The notes under the pieces were generated by a model. The model did not search any database. It was given only the letters and a program-made list of their open reading frames with translations, and was not told the DNA's origin. Shown piece after piece: positions 39,021 through 51,343 of a stretch of 64,000 nucleotides of DNA (position 1 is the first letter of the stretch; every line of letters begins with the position of its first letter). Location of the stretch: assembly GCA_013239625.1 (NCBI GenBank), contig MU054220.1, forward strand, positions 124,001 to 188,000, in the 5' to 3' direction. This stretch comes from Lama guanicoe (taxonomy: Eukaryota). Made by a program: the position numbers and the translations under genes.

Positions 39021-39869
39021 CAGGACACAATTTCAGGATCTGAGGGGTCTGCATGCACCCTGGTTACTCTGAGAAGGGCAGAGGGTGGGGGATTGGAATT
39101 TGTTGTCCATACCTGATCCTGTTCTTGGCAGGGAGAGGGAAAAAGGCCCAATGGCTTCATTAGTGTTTTAAACCTTCAGAGTAAAAGACGTCTTGTTGGA
39201 AGACAGGGTTGTCCCTGGGTGTGGATGAACAAATGTCCCCTGCAGTACTTGGTCCCCCAACCTTAAGTCACCCAGAGAAGATTATGGGCTTCCTGAAGGG
39301 GTCTCTGGACATGTTTCCTCAGAAATCAAATTTGAATGATTAGAAGCAGGGCCCTTCTCTCCCACTGGCCAGGGCCAAGTCCTGGGATGTGAAACTGATA
39401 TTGGCCAGTGGAAGGTTTTACTGTTTCAGTAACTGCTTTGGTCACAGAATGGGGTGGGAGCATTTTTATGAGGAAATTCTAACTGTCCCTCAAGCTTAGC
39501 TTCTGGGAAGGATTCAATTGTTTCTCTCCACTTAGCATAGAGTAGACACTAGGATTGAACTGTTGCTAGGACATGTGTGTTAAAGGAGGACCATTTGTTG
39601 GACTTAAATCTGGAATCAAATTTCACTACATAGCCTCATGACACAAGGTATAATCACTGTTTAATCTCTTACATGCCCTCTGAATATGTGCCTTGGGAGA
39701 TGGTTGTGAGCTTCAAATGACATAAAGCATAGAAACTTCTGACATGTAGACATGCTTTAAAAAATTGTACATCTTATAATTATATTATTATAAAAATGGA
39801 ACCAGGTGGACCATTTCAGGAACCAAGAGTATACAGAGATTCTTTTATTTTAAAATTAAAAAAAGGAAT

Positions 39870-40280
39870 TTTGTTATTGCATTAAATCTATAAGAAAATT
39901 TAGGGAGAACTGACTTCATCACATTTATTTTCTCCAGCCAATGGGCATGGTATATTGCTGCATTTTTGTCTTCTTTAATAACTCAATAATGTTTCCATAA
40001 TTTCTAGCAATAATGTCACACAGATCATTCATTAGATTTTTCTTTGAGTATTTTTCAGATTTTTTTTCTAGTGTGATGGATTGTTTAAAATTTCGTTTTT
40101 TACCAGTTTCATTCCAGGATATAGAAACATAATGAACTTTTGGTATGCTGAACTTGTATCCACCAATTTTGCAGAATTCACCTTTTTATTTCTAATGTTT
40201 CAGCTTGAACATTCGTTTGGATTTTTAATTAACACAATTATGCTACTTGAAAATAGTTACACTTTTATATTTGCTTCCCT
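39870..40280 (-). mobile_element. Old L1 fragment
   Basis: TTGCATTAAATCTATAAG...TTTAGGGAGAACTGAC...TTGTATCC. Confidence 0.6.
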
Positions 40281-40781
40281 GAGCATATGCATGTTTACAT
40301 ATCATAATTTAACAGAAATCTGAGGTGCCTGCAAATACAAAGGAGATAGAGTTAGAGCATCATGAAGGCCGATATTTTTGATGCATTTTTTCATTGCTGT
40401 ATACATGCCCAGCACACAGAACAGTCATTGTCATCTTCCATGTGTCAGTATGCCAGTATGACGGGCACTAGTTTTTAAATATTGTGTGACACACACACAC
40501 AAAATATTTTATTAAGAGACACAAGCATACCTTTGAAAACAAGATTATTTAATGGTAGATGCAGTAAAAAAGACTTCCCTTCAATTGCAACATAAATATT
40601 TGGCAACATGAGACCAGTGACCTGGACTTCAGTCTCTTGCCCTGAAAGTTGAGGACAAATCAAAGTTGACTACTTGAACATTTATAAGTTGAAAATGAGA
40701 AACATGTTTCTAGTTTGCATTCCTTTCACCCATTACTGCTTTCTCATAGTTCATCACATGTAATAAACAGTTGTCTACAGT

Positions 40782-41765
40782 CTAATTTGTTTTATATGCA
40801 TTGTCTATTGAACTTTGTATAGGGAATTTGCACAGATTCTTCCACATCCTATGCAGGGCACCTTTGACCTCTCTGTTCCTCAAACTGTAGATCATAGGAT
40901 TCAGCATGGGAATTACCAAAGTGAAAAACACAGAGGCTATTTTATCAGAATTGAAGGAGTGACTGGACTTAGGCTGCATGTACATGAAGCAGAGAGTCGC
41001 ATATAACACAACTACCACTGTCAGGTGAGACCCGCAGGTGGAGAAGGCTTTGCGCCTGCCTTCTGCGGAGTTCATCCTGAGGATGGCCTTAAGGATCAGT
41101 ATGTAGGACACAAGGACAATCAGAAGAGATGAAACCAAATCAAACACTGAACAGATCAGTATGAACAACTCAATTTCCCGGGTGCTTGAGCACAGCAAAC
41201 TTAACAAGGGAAGACTCTCACAGTAGAAGTTACTAATGACATTATAGCCACAGAATGATGAAGTAAATATCTTTATGGTGGTTATCAGAGACATAGAGGC
41301 ACTGTAAAGGTAGGGGACTCCTACCAGCACCCAGCACATGCTTTGGGACATAACTGCACTGTAGAGCAGAGGGTTACAGATGGCCACATAGCGGTCATAG
41401 GCCATTGCCGACAGGACGAAAAGCTCACTGATGATGAACAAGATGAAGAAAGCCAGCTGTGTGGCACACCGATTATAGGGGATTGTGTTTTGATCACTAA
41501 TAAAATTTACCAACATTTTGGGCCCCACAGTTGTTGAATAACCAAAATCAATGAAAGCCAGGTGTCTGAGAAAGAAGTACATGGGTGTTTGCAGCCTGGA
41601 GTCCACCTTGGTGAGGATGACCACGCCCAAGTTGCCCACCACTGAGATCACGTAGATGACGAGGAAGAGCCCAAATAATGGAGCCTGCAGCTCAGGGTGG
41701 TCTGTGATGCCCGTGAGAATGAATTCTTTCAGCACCGTGTGATTGTGTCTGTCCATCCAGGCCAT
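40782..41765 (-). CDS. Olfactory receptor, OR8K family, intact (327 aa; second Met at 41756)
   Basis: NHT sequon, [50 protein letters not shown]. Confidence 0.93.
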   Translation of the reverse strand: MAWMDRHNHTVLKEFILTGITDHPELQAPLFGLFLVIYVISVVGNLGVVILTKVDSRLQTPMYFFLRHLAFIDFGYSTTVGPKMLVNFISDQNTIPYNRCATQLAFFILFIISELFVLSAMAYDRYVAICNPLLYSAVMSQSMCWVLVGVPYLYSASMSLITTIKIFTSSFCGYNVISNFYCESLPLLSLLCSSTREIELFILICSVFDLVSSLLIVLVSYILILKAILRMNSAEGRRKAFSTCGSHLTVVVVLYATLCFMYMQPKSSHSFNSDKIASVFFTLVIPMLNPMIYSLRNREVKGALHRMWKNLCKFPIQSSIDNAYKTN

Positions 41766-42899
41766 GGAGGAAATTAACTGTGGGAAAAACCATCAGAAGA
41801 GACACTGGGTTTCAGAAGACATCATCTGTGAAGAGTTTAGTGTTCATAGTCATTCTGTATAAGATAGATCCCATTATTTTAGACGGAGTGATTTAAAACA
41901 AGACTCATCTCCCTCATTGAACCTGGAACCAAATTTAGAGACGGTTACAACCTAAGGTATATAGCATCCATCTTATTTTTGTGTGTCATGCACTGGTTCT
42001 GACCTCAAGGTACATACATTTTCTTTACAGCTCTGTCAACAACATATCCTCAGAAAGGTTTGATCAGAGTGGGAATTCTTACATTTTTTCAAAAAAATTT
42101 TTTTCATTTAAAACACAAGATTGGTAACAATGTATCAATTTTAGAAAGAATTATAATGAAAAGTAATAACCCTCTGCTTCCAGACCTTGCAATTTAGCCC
42201 CAGTCTCCAAAAAAATGTTATTAAACTCATTTAATAGACTTTGATTTACTTCTCCTCATTATAAGTCCACATAGACAAATGGTATTTTCATTGCACTATC
42301 CATTTGATGTTTTAAATTGTACTCTCATTCAACCATGCTTTCATGAGTTTTAAATATTGTTTAGTGATGTTTACACTGATAGAAAATAATGTAGCAAATT
42401 TTCGGTAGTCCCCAATATGCCCACTCTACTGCACATAAATAACTTTTATTTCTTCAAAAAATGTATATCTGAAACTTCAGCAAATGTGTGCCGATTTTTG
42501 AAGTTTCTGAGTTTTTCCTGTATTGCATACCAAGTAAACCCTGCATCTATAATTTATTCAATCTGGGAAAGAACAATGGATAAGTATGCCCACATTTGCT
42601 TTGACTTTAGCCCAATATCTCTGAAATGATGGATTTAATACTGTAGTTGTTATATTTTTCTAACACATTTTAAGACAAGTAAAAATTAAAACCATCTAGT
42701 AAACTACTATGGATATACTTATCCAACAGAAAGAAACATCTCTGTGAAGTAGAGGATGCTCCCTCAAACGCCTCAGGGGCTGGCAAAGGATATCACATTG
42801 CGTGAAGGATAAGGATGAAAAATAAAGACGGTCATTGGGAATAAGAGGAACTAGATATTGTGTGATTAATTTGAAATATTTGAATTTTGTTTAAATTTA

Positions 42900-43068
42900 C
42901 ACGGACAGGACAAGATTATACTGTGTAGCACAGGGAAATATATACAAGATCTTGTGGTAGCTTACAGTGAAAAAAAATGTGACAATGAATATATGTATGT
43001 TCATGTATAATGGAATTTGACACAACATTGTAAAATGACTATAACGCAATAAAAAATGTTAAAAAAAG
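42900..43068 (+). mobile_element. Short 5'-truncated younger L1 3' end
   Basis: CAAGATTATACTGTGTAGCACAGGGAAATATATACAAGATCTTGTGGTAG...ACAACATTGTAAAATGACTATAAC followed by AATAAAAAA and an A tail. Confidence 0.75.
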
Positions 43069-44766
43069 AAATCATACTGTTTAAATAAAAACAACAAAAT
43101 TAAGAATAAAAGAGGAATTTCGTAACTTTGATAAAATATGTATAAAAAATAAACTGAACTCCTTGTAAAAGGAGACAAATTAAAACTGTATTGAGGAACA
43201 TGACAGAAGAAATGAATTCAAGATTAATTTGGAAGATTAAGTCTGCCTCAGACAAGTTACTTTCACAGACACAAAAAGGAAAAATAAACATTCACTAGCA
43301 GCAACCAAACAAGGAAAATGGCCAAGTCAATGCCTTTAGCTACAAAAAATTATACCCAAAGAAAGCAAGTTTCCACCACGGCTTGTTCAGTGTGGCAAAC
43401 CTCTTCATCCAGACATTTGCCGTATTTTACAAATCCTTGGAGTTCTTCTGAAACTGAGCTGAGTTGATGTTTTTATCTGATCCTCCCCTCAACATCCCCA
43501 CCCAAACACTAACTGGAAAGAAGCACGGAGATTGAGCGACAAGGCTGACTCTCCTGATGGAAGCACACAGTTCAGAGTTGCACCGGGACTTGGCGGATGG
43601 ATCTGGAGGCCACAGATGTCCTCTTACGCAAACGCAAACACCCAATCTCAACTAAGCTTTCTAGGAATCTTTGCAAATAGCCTCAGCTGAGATACATGGT
43701 TGGTCAAACTGAGAATACTGTATTCCCATGCAAAGGAAGGAGAGAAAGAACCAGAAAGGATAAAAGAAAGAAGAATCTTGAACAGCTCTGAAGTACGTCA
43801 GGCTCGCCAATCTTTCAATTAGTATCCTCAAAAATATGTACATATATTATTTTAAAACTTTTTAAAAAAGACAAACACCCATACTTCTCTCAACCAACCC
43901 AGCTCATAAGGCTACAAGTCCTTCCTTATATATGTTTTCACCCCCTATTGTGTAAAAGACTTTGCATTTTCTCGATGAAGGACCACTAACTACAATTAGG
44001 TGGTGTTAGTGAAGGATGTAAAATCAATATAAATCTTTTCTAATTACAACTTTGGAATTTGACCAACTGTGCTGCTTAGCAAGTCCTGGTTAGAAAACAC
44101 CAAATTTTTGTAACTTAAGCTGCTCAGTGTTATACTCAGTGTCATCCCCTAAACTGCTATTACGTGGCTTGTCATAATCCTTGAAGATTTTTTTAAAGCT
44201 AGATTCTCAAATGCGTGGGTGAAATTCTAAGAGCTGAGTAACAGTTGGTGTTCCATCTGTGCCACATAACGGACCTTTGGAGAGACATGGGAAGGGCTCC
44301 CGCTCTCTTCTTCCCATCCTTCAAAACACATTTTTTTCCTGCTCACTTGTGATATGTACAATTTGTAATTCAAAAGAGATCAAGAAGAAAATGTCCCTTA
44401 ATGCATCTAAGTACATTATGAGCAAGAAAAGGCAGTATCATGAGCTAGATTATAAAGTGTCTAAGGAGTGGTGAGTTTACCAACACTAAGAGTGCAATGC
44501 ATGCATCAGATTAATGATTCTTCCAAAGACTGATCTCCCTTGACCATTTAATGCCATTGATTTTAGACTCAGTTTTGCCCCCACTGTCAGTATATAGGCT
44601 ATACTCCCAAGCCTTTAGCCTTACTATTCATATAAAAATAAATTTATGTAAAGATAGTAGGGCAAAGACATCTCTCATGGTGGTGTGGTGGAGATATTAG
44701 TCCTAGTCAAAAATCTATTTTGTATTATTTTTGGCTTTGTCATCAACTTACAGTTACAAATATCAC

Positions 44767-45263
44767 TGTAGCAGACACATCTGTCTCCCATCCCTTGTCA
44801 TTTTGAGTCACCCGTGACTTGGCTTGCAGCCATGCTAGATTATTTTCTGGCATGCTGGTAGCATCCCATGTCAAGGGGTTGACCTCTTTTCCTGAAGGCA
44901 AGGTATCTTGAGATCTTGCTCAGACCACAGGCTAGGCAGTTTGGGAAGTGCCTGAGATTTAATGTGTTGAGGAGCAATACCCAACCAATAAGGGACAGGA
45001 ATCAATGGATAAATATCCAAGCCTTTCTAATCTTCTTCTGGATAATTCCTAAAAGAGTTCTGAGGGATACTGCAACATATTAAGTGATTGAAACTTAGTT
45101 GCATACAGCAGTAATTTATTCTTTACTGCACACTTTATTACCCTTTCAGTCTCACACTCCCTGTTTCTCTCATTTTTGCTTCCTAGAATCATCTATCAAA
45201 TTAACATAATATGCTCAACTCCTGAACTCAGAATCTTCTCTTGGGGAAACCTGCAGTCTGACA
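44767..45263 (+). mobile_element. LTR16-like (ERVL) LTR
   Basis: TGTAGCAGACAC start; ...TGCTTCCTAGAATCATCT...TTGGGGAAACC...GACA end. Confidence 0.55.
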
Positions 45264-45774
45264 ATTATAGGGTATTAGAAAAAACAAAACAAAACAAAAC
45301 AAAAAACCCATAAATATCTAGAACACAAATGAAACTCTATGGATGCATGACAATAAGAGATAATGATAACATCCTATTACTGAATAACTGAAAGCCTGCT
45401 TGGAAACTATAATATCTGAGGCATTGACTCTTAGACACAAAAACTCTGACCTGATGATCAGCATCTTTGCTTAGACAACGTTCAAGAGTTTTCAGGAAGT
45501 GACTACTCCCCCTTCAGAACGTCTATGATCTAGAATTGCAGTATAAATATAGAAGTAATAACACATAGAAATGAGGTCCCTTATTATCTTCAAAGAACAC
45601 CAATAATAGTGGTCAAGAAGCCACAGTTATGAAAAGAGTTTATTAATATTCATGGTACAGAGTACTGAGACTGGCATTGGTGACTAAAACTCATATCTAT
45701 AATTTAAAATTGAAGACCAGGGTCAAGAACTGTCACTGGAGCTAATCTAGTAATTAGGATAATCAGTGCCATCC

Positions 45775-45915
45775 ACTCACCTAAAACAAGGAATGCCTTC
45801 TTGTTCCCCAATGTGATTGTTAGTCTGACTGCAGTCAGAAGAATTTATGTGTCTGTCCCCTTTGAGATACTCCCCTGGGAACTTGATGCAATTCCTTGGC
45901 TATTTCCAAAGCATC
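45775..45915 (-). promoter_or_regulatory. Putative promoter/non-coding exon 1 of OR 40782-41765
   Basis: Perfect O/E core TCCCCTGGGA at 45871-45880 preceded by TGAGA as in the paralogs; donor TAG|GTGAGT (GT at 45780-45779). Confidence 0.6.
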
Positions 45916-48256
45916 TAAGAATGGAAATGATGCCACTGGTCTTTGTTAATTATTCAAGGTATTTTTGATTTCCCTACAAGAGAAACATCTTTTATGTACA
46001 ATTCACCTGCTTCCTTTTTGTTATTATTTTTACTGCTCTCACTCAAATACCTGGATTTAAGTTTATTAATTGTTGAATACATGCATTCATCACCCATAAA
46101 TTACCTAAACATTCAGTGTTTTCCACAAAAGCTTCTTCCCAAGTTTTTGTCGGAGGATAAAGACAAAACTCTTTAAACATGTCCTGTAGTGTTTTGAAAG
46201 ACTCAGAAGGAATGAAAATTATGAATATGCATGTAAGTCTTATTTCATTCTTAATTAAAAGGACTAAATTGAGTTACTGATACCCTCCTTCCTTATCCCA
46301 TAACTGTCATCAGTCCTGACTTCCTGTCACCACTTCAGTTCCCATCCCCCACACAGCTACCTCCTCTACAAAGATTGATGTATGTCCTTAAAAAAGAATA
46401 CAGACTTATGAAGTAAATATAATGTGTATTTTCATGTACACTCATGATGTTTTATCTCACTTTGATACCTGAAGTTTCCCACTCAACTCTGTTTTTGAAA
46501 CACATTATTTTTACTACGTACACACCAGTACTTTGTTGTCTTCTTTTTCATAAAATTACTATAATCTGGACTATCATCTGGATCGCCCCCCATTCAATAT
46601 ATGTTTGTTCCCATAGTAATAGGCATTCAGTTAGTTACTAACTCTTGACTTCTACATGTATCACCATAATTAACAAGTTTGTGTGTGTGGTCCCCACTGA
46701 TTCATGAGTTAACATTTGTGTGATCTGTCTCCTTGAGTGGGTCCCTGATATGAGAAAAAATAAGTGACATTAATTTATTTAAGTAAATATGGATATATTT
46801 TAATATTTCTTTTATCAATATATAAATTCTGTCATCTAGCCACAGGATGTTCATACTCTGGACATCCAACTTATAAATATGTACTATTTGTACATATGAC
46901 AAGGGATTGCAATAAATAATTAAATCAGACTTAACTTTATAGAGCTAAAATTGTTTTACTTGTCTTAGTACAATATTTCTTAAAAATAATCCAAATATTT
47001 TTCTGAACTTGAAATGGAATGATGTACTACAGTGCAATCCATGTCAATGAGAAAGTTTAGAGATAACAGAGACAGATAAGCATATAATTTTATTATAGTT
47101 TTAATATTCAAATGTCTATAAAAGTGATAAGATTTACAATTTTGGATAATGCTGATGGAATAGTGATTGAAGTGACCCCAGAAACTGACACACATACCCT
47201 GTAGCAGAGGTGGGCTGGATAATTATGAAATCTTTTTGTTTTTCTTTTGACTCCTTCCACCTATATCGCCAGTTTTCAATTCAGTCTACTTCTTTTTTGA
47301 ACAATTTCTTTGAATGGACTTTTTCATTTCCATAGAGTTGCCTTGTAAAATATCCCTTTGGAAAGCAAGGATGGCAAGTGTGACTTATGACAATGAAGAC
47401 AAATGAAAGTAATTCTTGTGGACTTAGGGGAAGGACATTAGAAACAGACTCATCTGGAAATAGTTTACAAAGTGATTTTTTAAAAAAATCATTAGTAACC
47501 TCTTCTGACCATGAAATAAGAAAATCTCCTTCGGATGCCTTAAAATTTCACTATTTTGCATTTGAATTTAAAAAATTCCGAATAGTGCCAATTTCTATTA
47601 TCTTTTTGGTAATTGATGTAGTTGAAATGTTTTTTTTTTTCTTAAACCAGCATGTTTTAAGATGTACATAAAAGTGGAGATATGTGCTCACAGCCCTTCA
47701 AAACAAAAAAACTTGCTGTGAAAATAGCAGGGTCTTTTTCAGTAAGGTTTTGGATTTAAAGTTGTAAAATGGCAGTGATTAGTCTGAATTTGGGAAGCTG
47801 AATGGTTTTTCTTATTTTCATGACCTTGAAAGGATTCATTGTGTGCTACCCAGGATGAGCACATTTATAGTGCCTTCTCCCTGGGGTATCCCTACATTTC
47901 AGAGTTGGGCCCAAGCTATTTGCTGCCTGTGCTGCAGCTACGGAGAGAGAGGCCCCTGTGGTTGCTGTTCCAGTTCTTTCATACCATTCACAGGTGCTCT
48001 CAGACCTTGCTTCATGACTGCGCCTCCCGTCTCCTATATCCCCTAACCACCACCAAGGTTTTGCTGTCACTGTTTGGACACAAAGGCCATGGAATTGCTT
48101 GAGCACTCAGGTAGACATAACCTGAAAGTATGGGTGACTTAATGTCCCAGAGCACAGGCTGTGAACAACAGGAGATGAGAGCTGGCAGATAAATCCTTTT
48201 TCCCATCTTACTTCATTGAAAGCTGGTGCTTGGATGATGGGCCTGTGTGGTTGGTT

Positions 48257-48680
48257 TGTTGCAGAAACTCAGCCTCCATACCCCGATTACCAAATTGAGA
48301 CTCGAGAACAGAGTGTTGGAGGAAGCAGAAAAGACAGCTTTATTTCTTTGCCAGGTGAAAGAGATCATAATGGGCTAATGCCTCCAAATTGTGAGCCCCC
48401 TGGGGAGAGAATTTAGGGGGTTTTAAAAAAAGTCCACAGGGCAGTGCTGGTTTCCATAGAGATCACATACAGGGTAACACATTTTTGCAATGTTGTTCTT
48501 GTTTTTGTAGATGCAGCAGTCCCCTTCCTTTGGCTAGGCATGCTATCTCTGGTCTTAGGAATCAATGACCCATGTATCCTAATATTCCTGTGCCTAGAAC
48601 AGAGAGTGTTTAGGAAGGAGGCCTATGGAAAAGTGCTCCAAATAAAAACTTGTGCAGTTTAAAGTCAGGTAGGTGTATAT
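48257..48680 (-). mobile_element. ERV LTR related to 21550-22538
   Basis: TGTTGCAGAAACTCAGCCTC...CAGCTTTATTTCTTTGCCAGG is the reverse complement of that LTR's 3' end. Confidence 0.65.
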
Positions 48681-48689
48681 GTCTAGTAT

Positions 48690-48990
48690 TGAGGCAGGCT
48701 GAGACCTGGGGCCTGTTATTGCAGCCCTTGTACAGGCTGGGACCTGCACCTCGAGTAACAAAATACAAAGAAACCACAAGGGACCAAAAGTAACTGCATG
48801 CATGCACAGTTGAGGTGAGTTATGAACAAAAAGATATAAAAAGCATAAACCCAACTGCCATTTCTGAGGTGTCAAGAGCAGAAGCAGGGCGCTGCACATG
48901 ATCCACACATGCAGCACTACCAGGGGGCTGGGCAGACCACCCAAGCCCCACTACAGCCCAGCCCTGGTTGGCGATAGCATGAGAAAAGCC
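48690..48990 (+). mobile_element. ERV1 LTR 5' fragment (artiodactyl MER41-like)
   Basis: TGAGGCAGGCTGAGACCTGGG...AACAAAATACAAAGAAAC...GCATGCACAGTTG. Confidence 0.55.
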
Positions 48991-49322
48991 ATCCAAACTG
49001 TTATACAACTAGCACTTACAAATACCATATGGTCACCGATGACAGGCTGAGTTGTTTCATCATTTCTGATAAATGGGTAACAAATGATATGTGAGTGCAT
49101 GTATATGTGTGTAACCAAATACTTTGAACCAAACATTTTTCTTTATCCTTCCTTTAAAGAATGCTTTGTGTACAGTTTGTTTAGAACAGATTTTGTAGCT
49201 AAGGAATGTAGAAAGAGTATATAGTGTATGCCTTTGTGAAACCATTATTGAGGGCTAGTGAATGAGACAGGTACAAGATTTTAGATTGTCCTTTTTCACA
49301 AAATATGCCAATATAGATGTAG

Positions 49323-49816
49323 ATGTTTTAGACAGAATGATGCACTCTGTCCACCCTGCCAAAGATGCCTATGTCTGAACCCCAGGACCTGTGAATATGT
49401 TGCCATGGAACATGAAATAAAGAGATTTCCTGATGTGATAAGTTAAGGACCTAGAGATGGGGAGGCTATCTTGGATTATTTGGGTGGATCCCATGTAATC
49501 AAGAGGGAGAAAGGGATGGAAGAAAGTTGGAATCAGAGAAGGAGGGAAGGGAAACAGAGGTCAGAATGATGGAATTGCTGAATGGAAGGGGAACTCCAGG
49601 CAAGGGATGTGGGCAGCCTCTAGAACTGGGGAGGCAAGGAAATGGACTGCCTCCTACGCGTCCTGAATGGAACACAACCTCCTGATACCCTGATTTTAGT
49701 CCAGTGAGACTCATTTTGGATGTTTGACCTCCAGAACTTCAGGATAAGAAGTTCATGTTGTGTCAAGCAACTGAATTGGTGGTGATTTGTTATAGTAGCG
49801 TTAGGAACCTGATACA
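49323..49816 (+). mobile_element. MLT1 (ERVL-MaLR) LTR, MLT1D-like
   Basis: ACCTGTGAATATGTT...TTAAGGACCTAGAGATGGGGAG...GGCAAGGAAATGGA...TTTGTTATAGTAGC...GATACA. Confidence 0.85.
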
Positions 49817-51343
49817 AGTGACAACAGAATTATTTATAGAAAATGCATATATGTAACCCAAATTAAAATGCAAAATCACTACAGTTTTTATTCTTGACTT
49901 TAATTCACCCAATGAAATAGAGGTTCCAAGAGTGAGATTAATCCTCTGACTCCAATTCTGTTCACCTAACCAGACAAAGAAAGAATTGTTTTCTGCTGAG
50001 AAATATATTCCAGTTGCAAGTGCCTAGGCTGGTAAAGCCAAATACAATCAGAATAAAGCAAAAGAAAATAGACCCATAAAATAAATTACATGCTTTATAT
50101 ACTTTCACGTATTTATAAATTACAAAACATAAAAATCCTGAAGACTAATGCTATCAAGCTATTGCTAATTTTGTCCTCAGAGACAAGAAATATGCATCAC
50201 ATAGTGAGACTTTTCTGTTTTCAGCTATTCTGCTCACTTATGAACGGTGTTAGCAATTAAGTCATGAACTTGAGTCTCAGGGGTCCTGTATTTGGCTTAT
50301 TTCTGACTTCTTTGAAAACTTGATTAATGTAGTTGATTCTTGGACGCTGCCTTTACCTTCCATGACATGCTCACTCCCCCTCACTCCATTGTATGTTAGT
50401 AGCGTTTTGTCTGTATAAACAGAGCTTTGGCACATAACGACTGTTGTTTATTTTATTTTATTTTTTTGAAATGAGTACTTTTGAGAATTGGTGTCATGTT
50501 GAGAACAATGACTTTTTTGTGTGTTGGTTAGATTATTTCATTCCGAAGTGCACTGAATAAAAATGCTAAAAGAAGTGTTCATTGGCATGATATCACAACA
50601 AAGGTAATTACCTCTACACAATTTTTAATATGAGAAAATGATAGGAAAAATAATTATGTGTCATATTTGGATAAATATCAACATTTTGCTTTGTGTAATG
50701 TGGACTAAGTGTGGGGATGAAAGAGTAGAATTCCATTTTATATGTTTTTTTTTTCTGTCTATTTTGCCAAATGTTCCATTTTAATGTATATCTAAGCATT
50801 TCATGTTTAGCTTTTATTTTTCCCCAAAGGTTTTTTCCCCTTTGGTATAAATTTATTTTAAGTGCAAGATAACAATTGGTCCAAAAAAGCTGATAAACTG
50901 ATGGGTAAAATGCTGCAAAATATTGTAAAACTTTTAGTAGTTGAAGAAAATATATCTATCACAAGGAAGATGACCTACCGACTCTCGACAACCATCTAAA
51001 AAATAGTTCCTGCAGGTATATCTTCACTATAGGTTATAAGACTTTCTCTTCCATGTTTAAAAACTCTTAAAACCCTTCAAAAACTTATATTTTATCTTAC
51101 ATTTTTCATTAATGTGTTTATTTTCAAATAATTGAAATTTAGTACTCATAGTAGTGTACGTTCTTTGGTCATTTAATGCATTTTTCTAAAGGGAAAATTT
51201 GATATTTAAAATTGGGATAAAAAGGATTAAGGTTTTTTTCCTTTAAATTTAATGGAATTTTAAACCGTTGACTGCTTCATCACTTTGCAGCATTTTTTAG
51301 GACTAAATAAAACCCTTAAATGAAGATAGCTGTAGTTTTAAAT

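Noticed and set aside
39030..39620. GC-richer island between old L1 fragments
   Set aside because: Could not be assigned; probably a degenerate repeat. No ORF or motif cluster supports function.
43290..43700. GC-richer stretch in the predicted intron of the 41 kb OR, possibly a retrocopy or extra exon
   Set aside because: No recognisable protein similarity, poly(A) tail or TSD; a BLAST search would be needed.
47838..48230. O/E-like CTCCCTGGGG at about 47878 as an enhancer site
   Set aside because: Single motif within LTR16-like sequence, with no homeodomain partner or paralog support.
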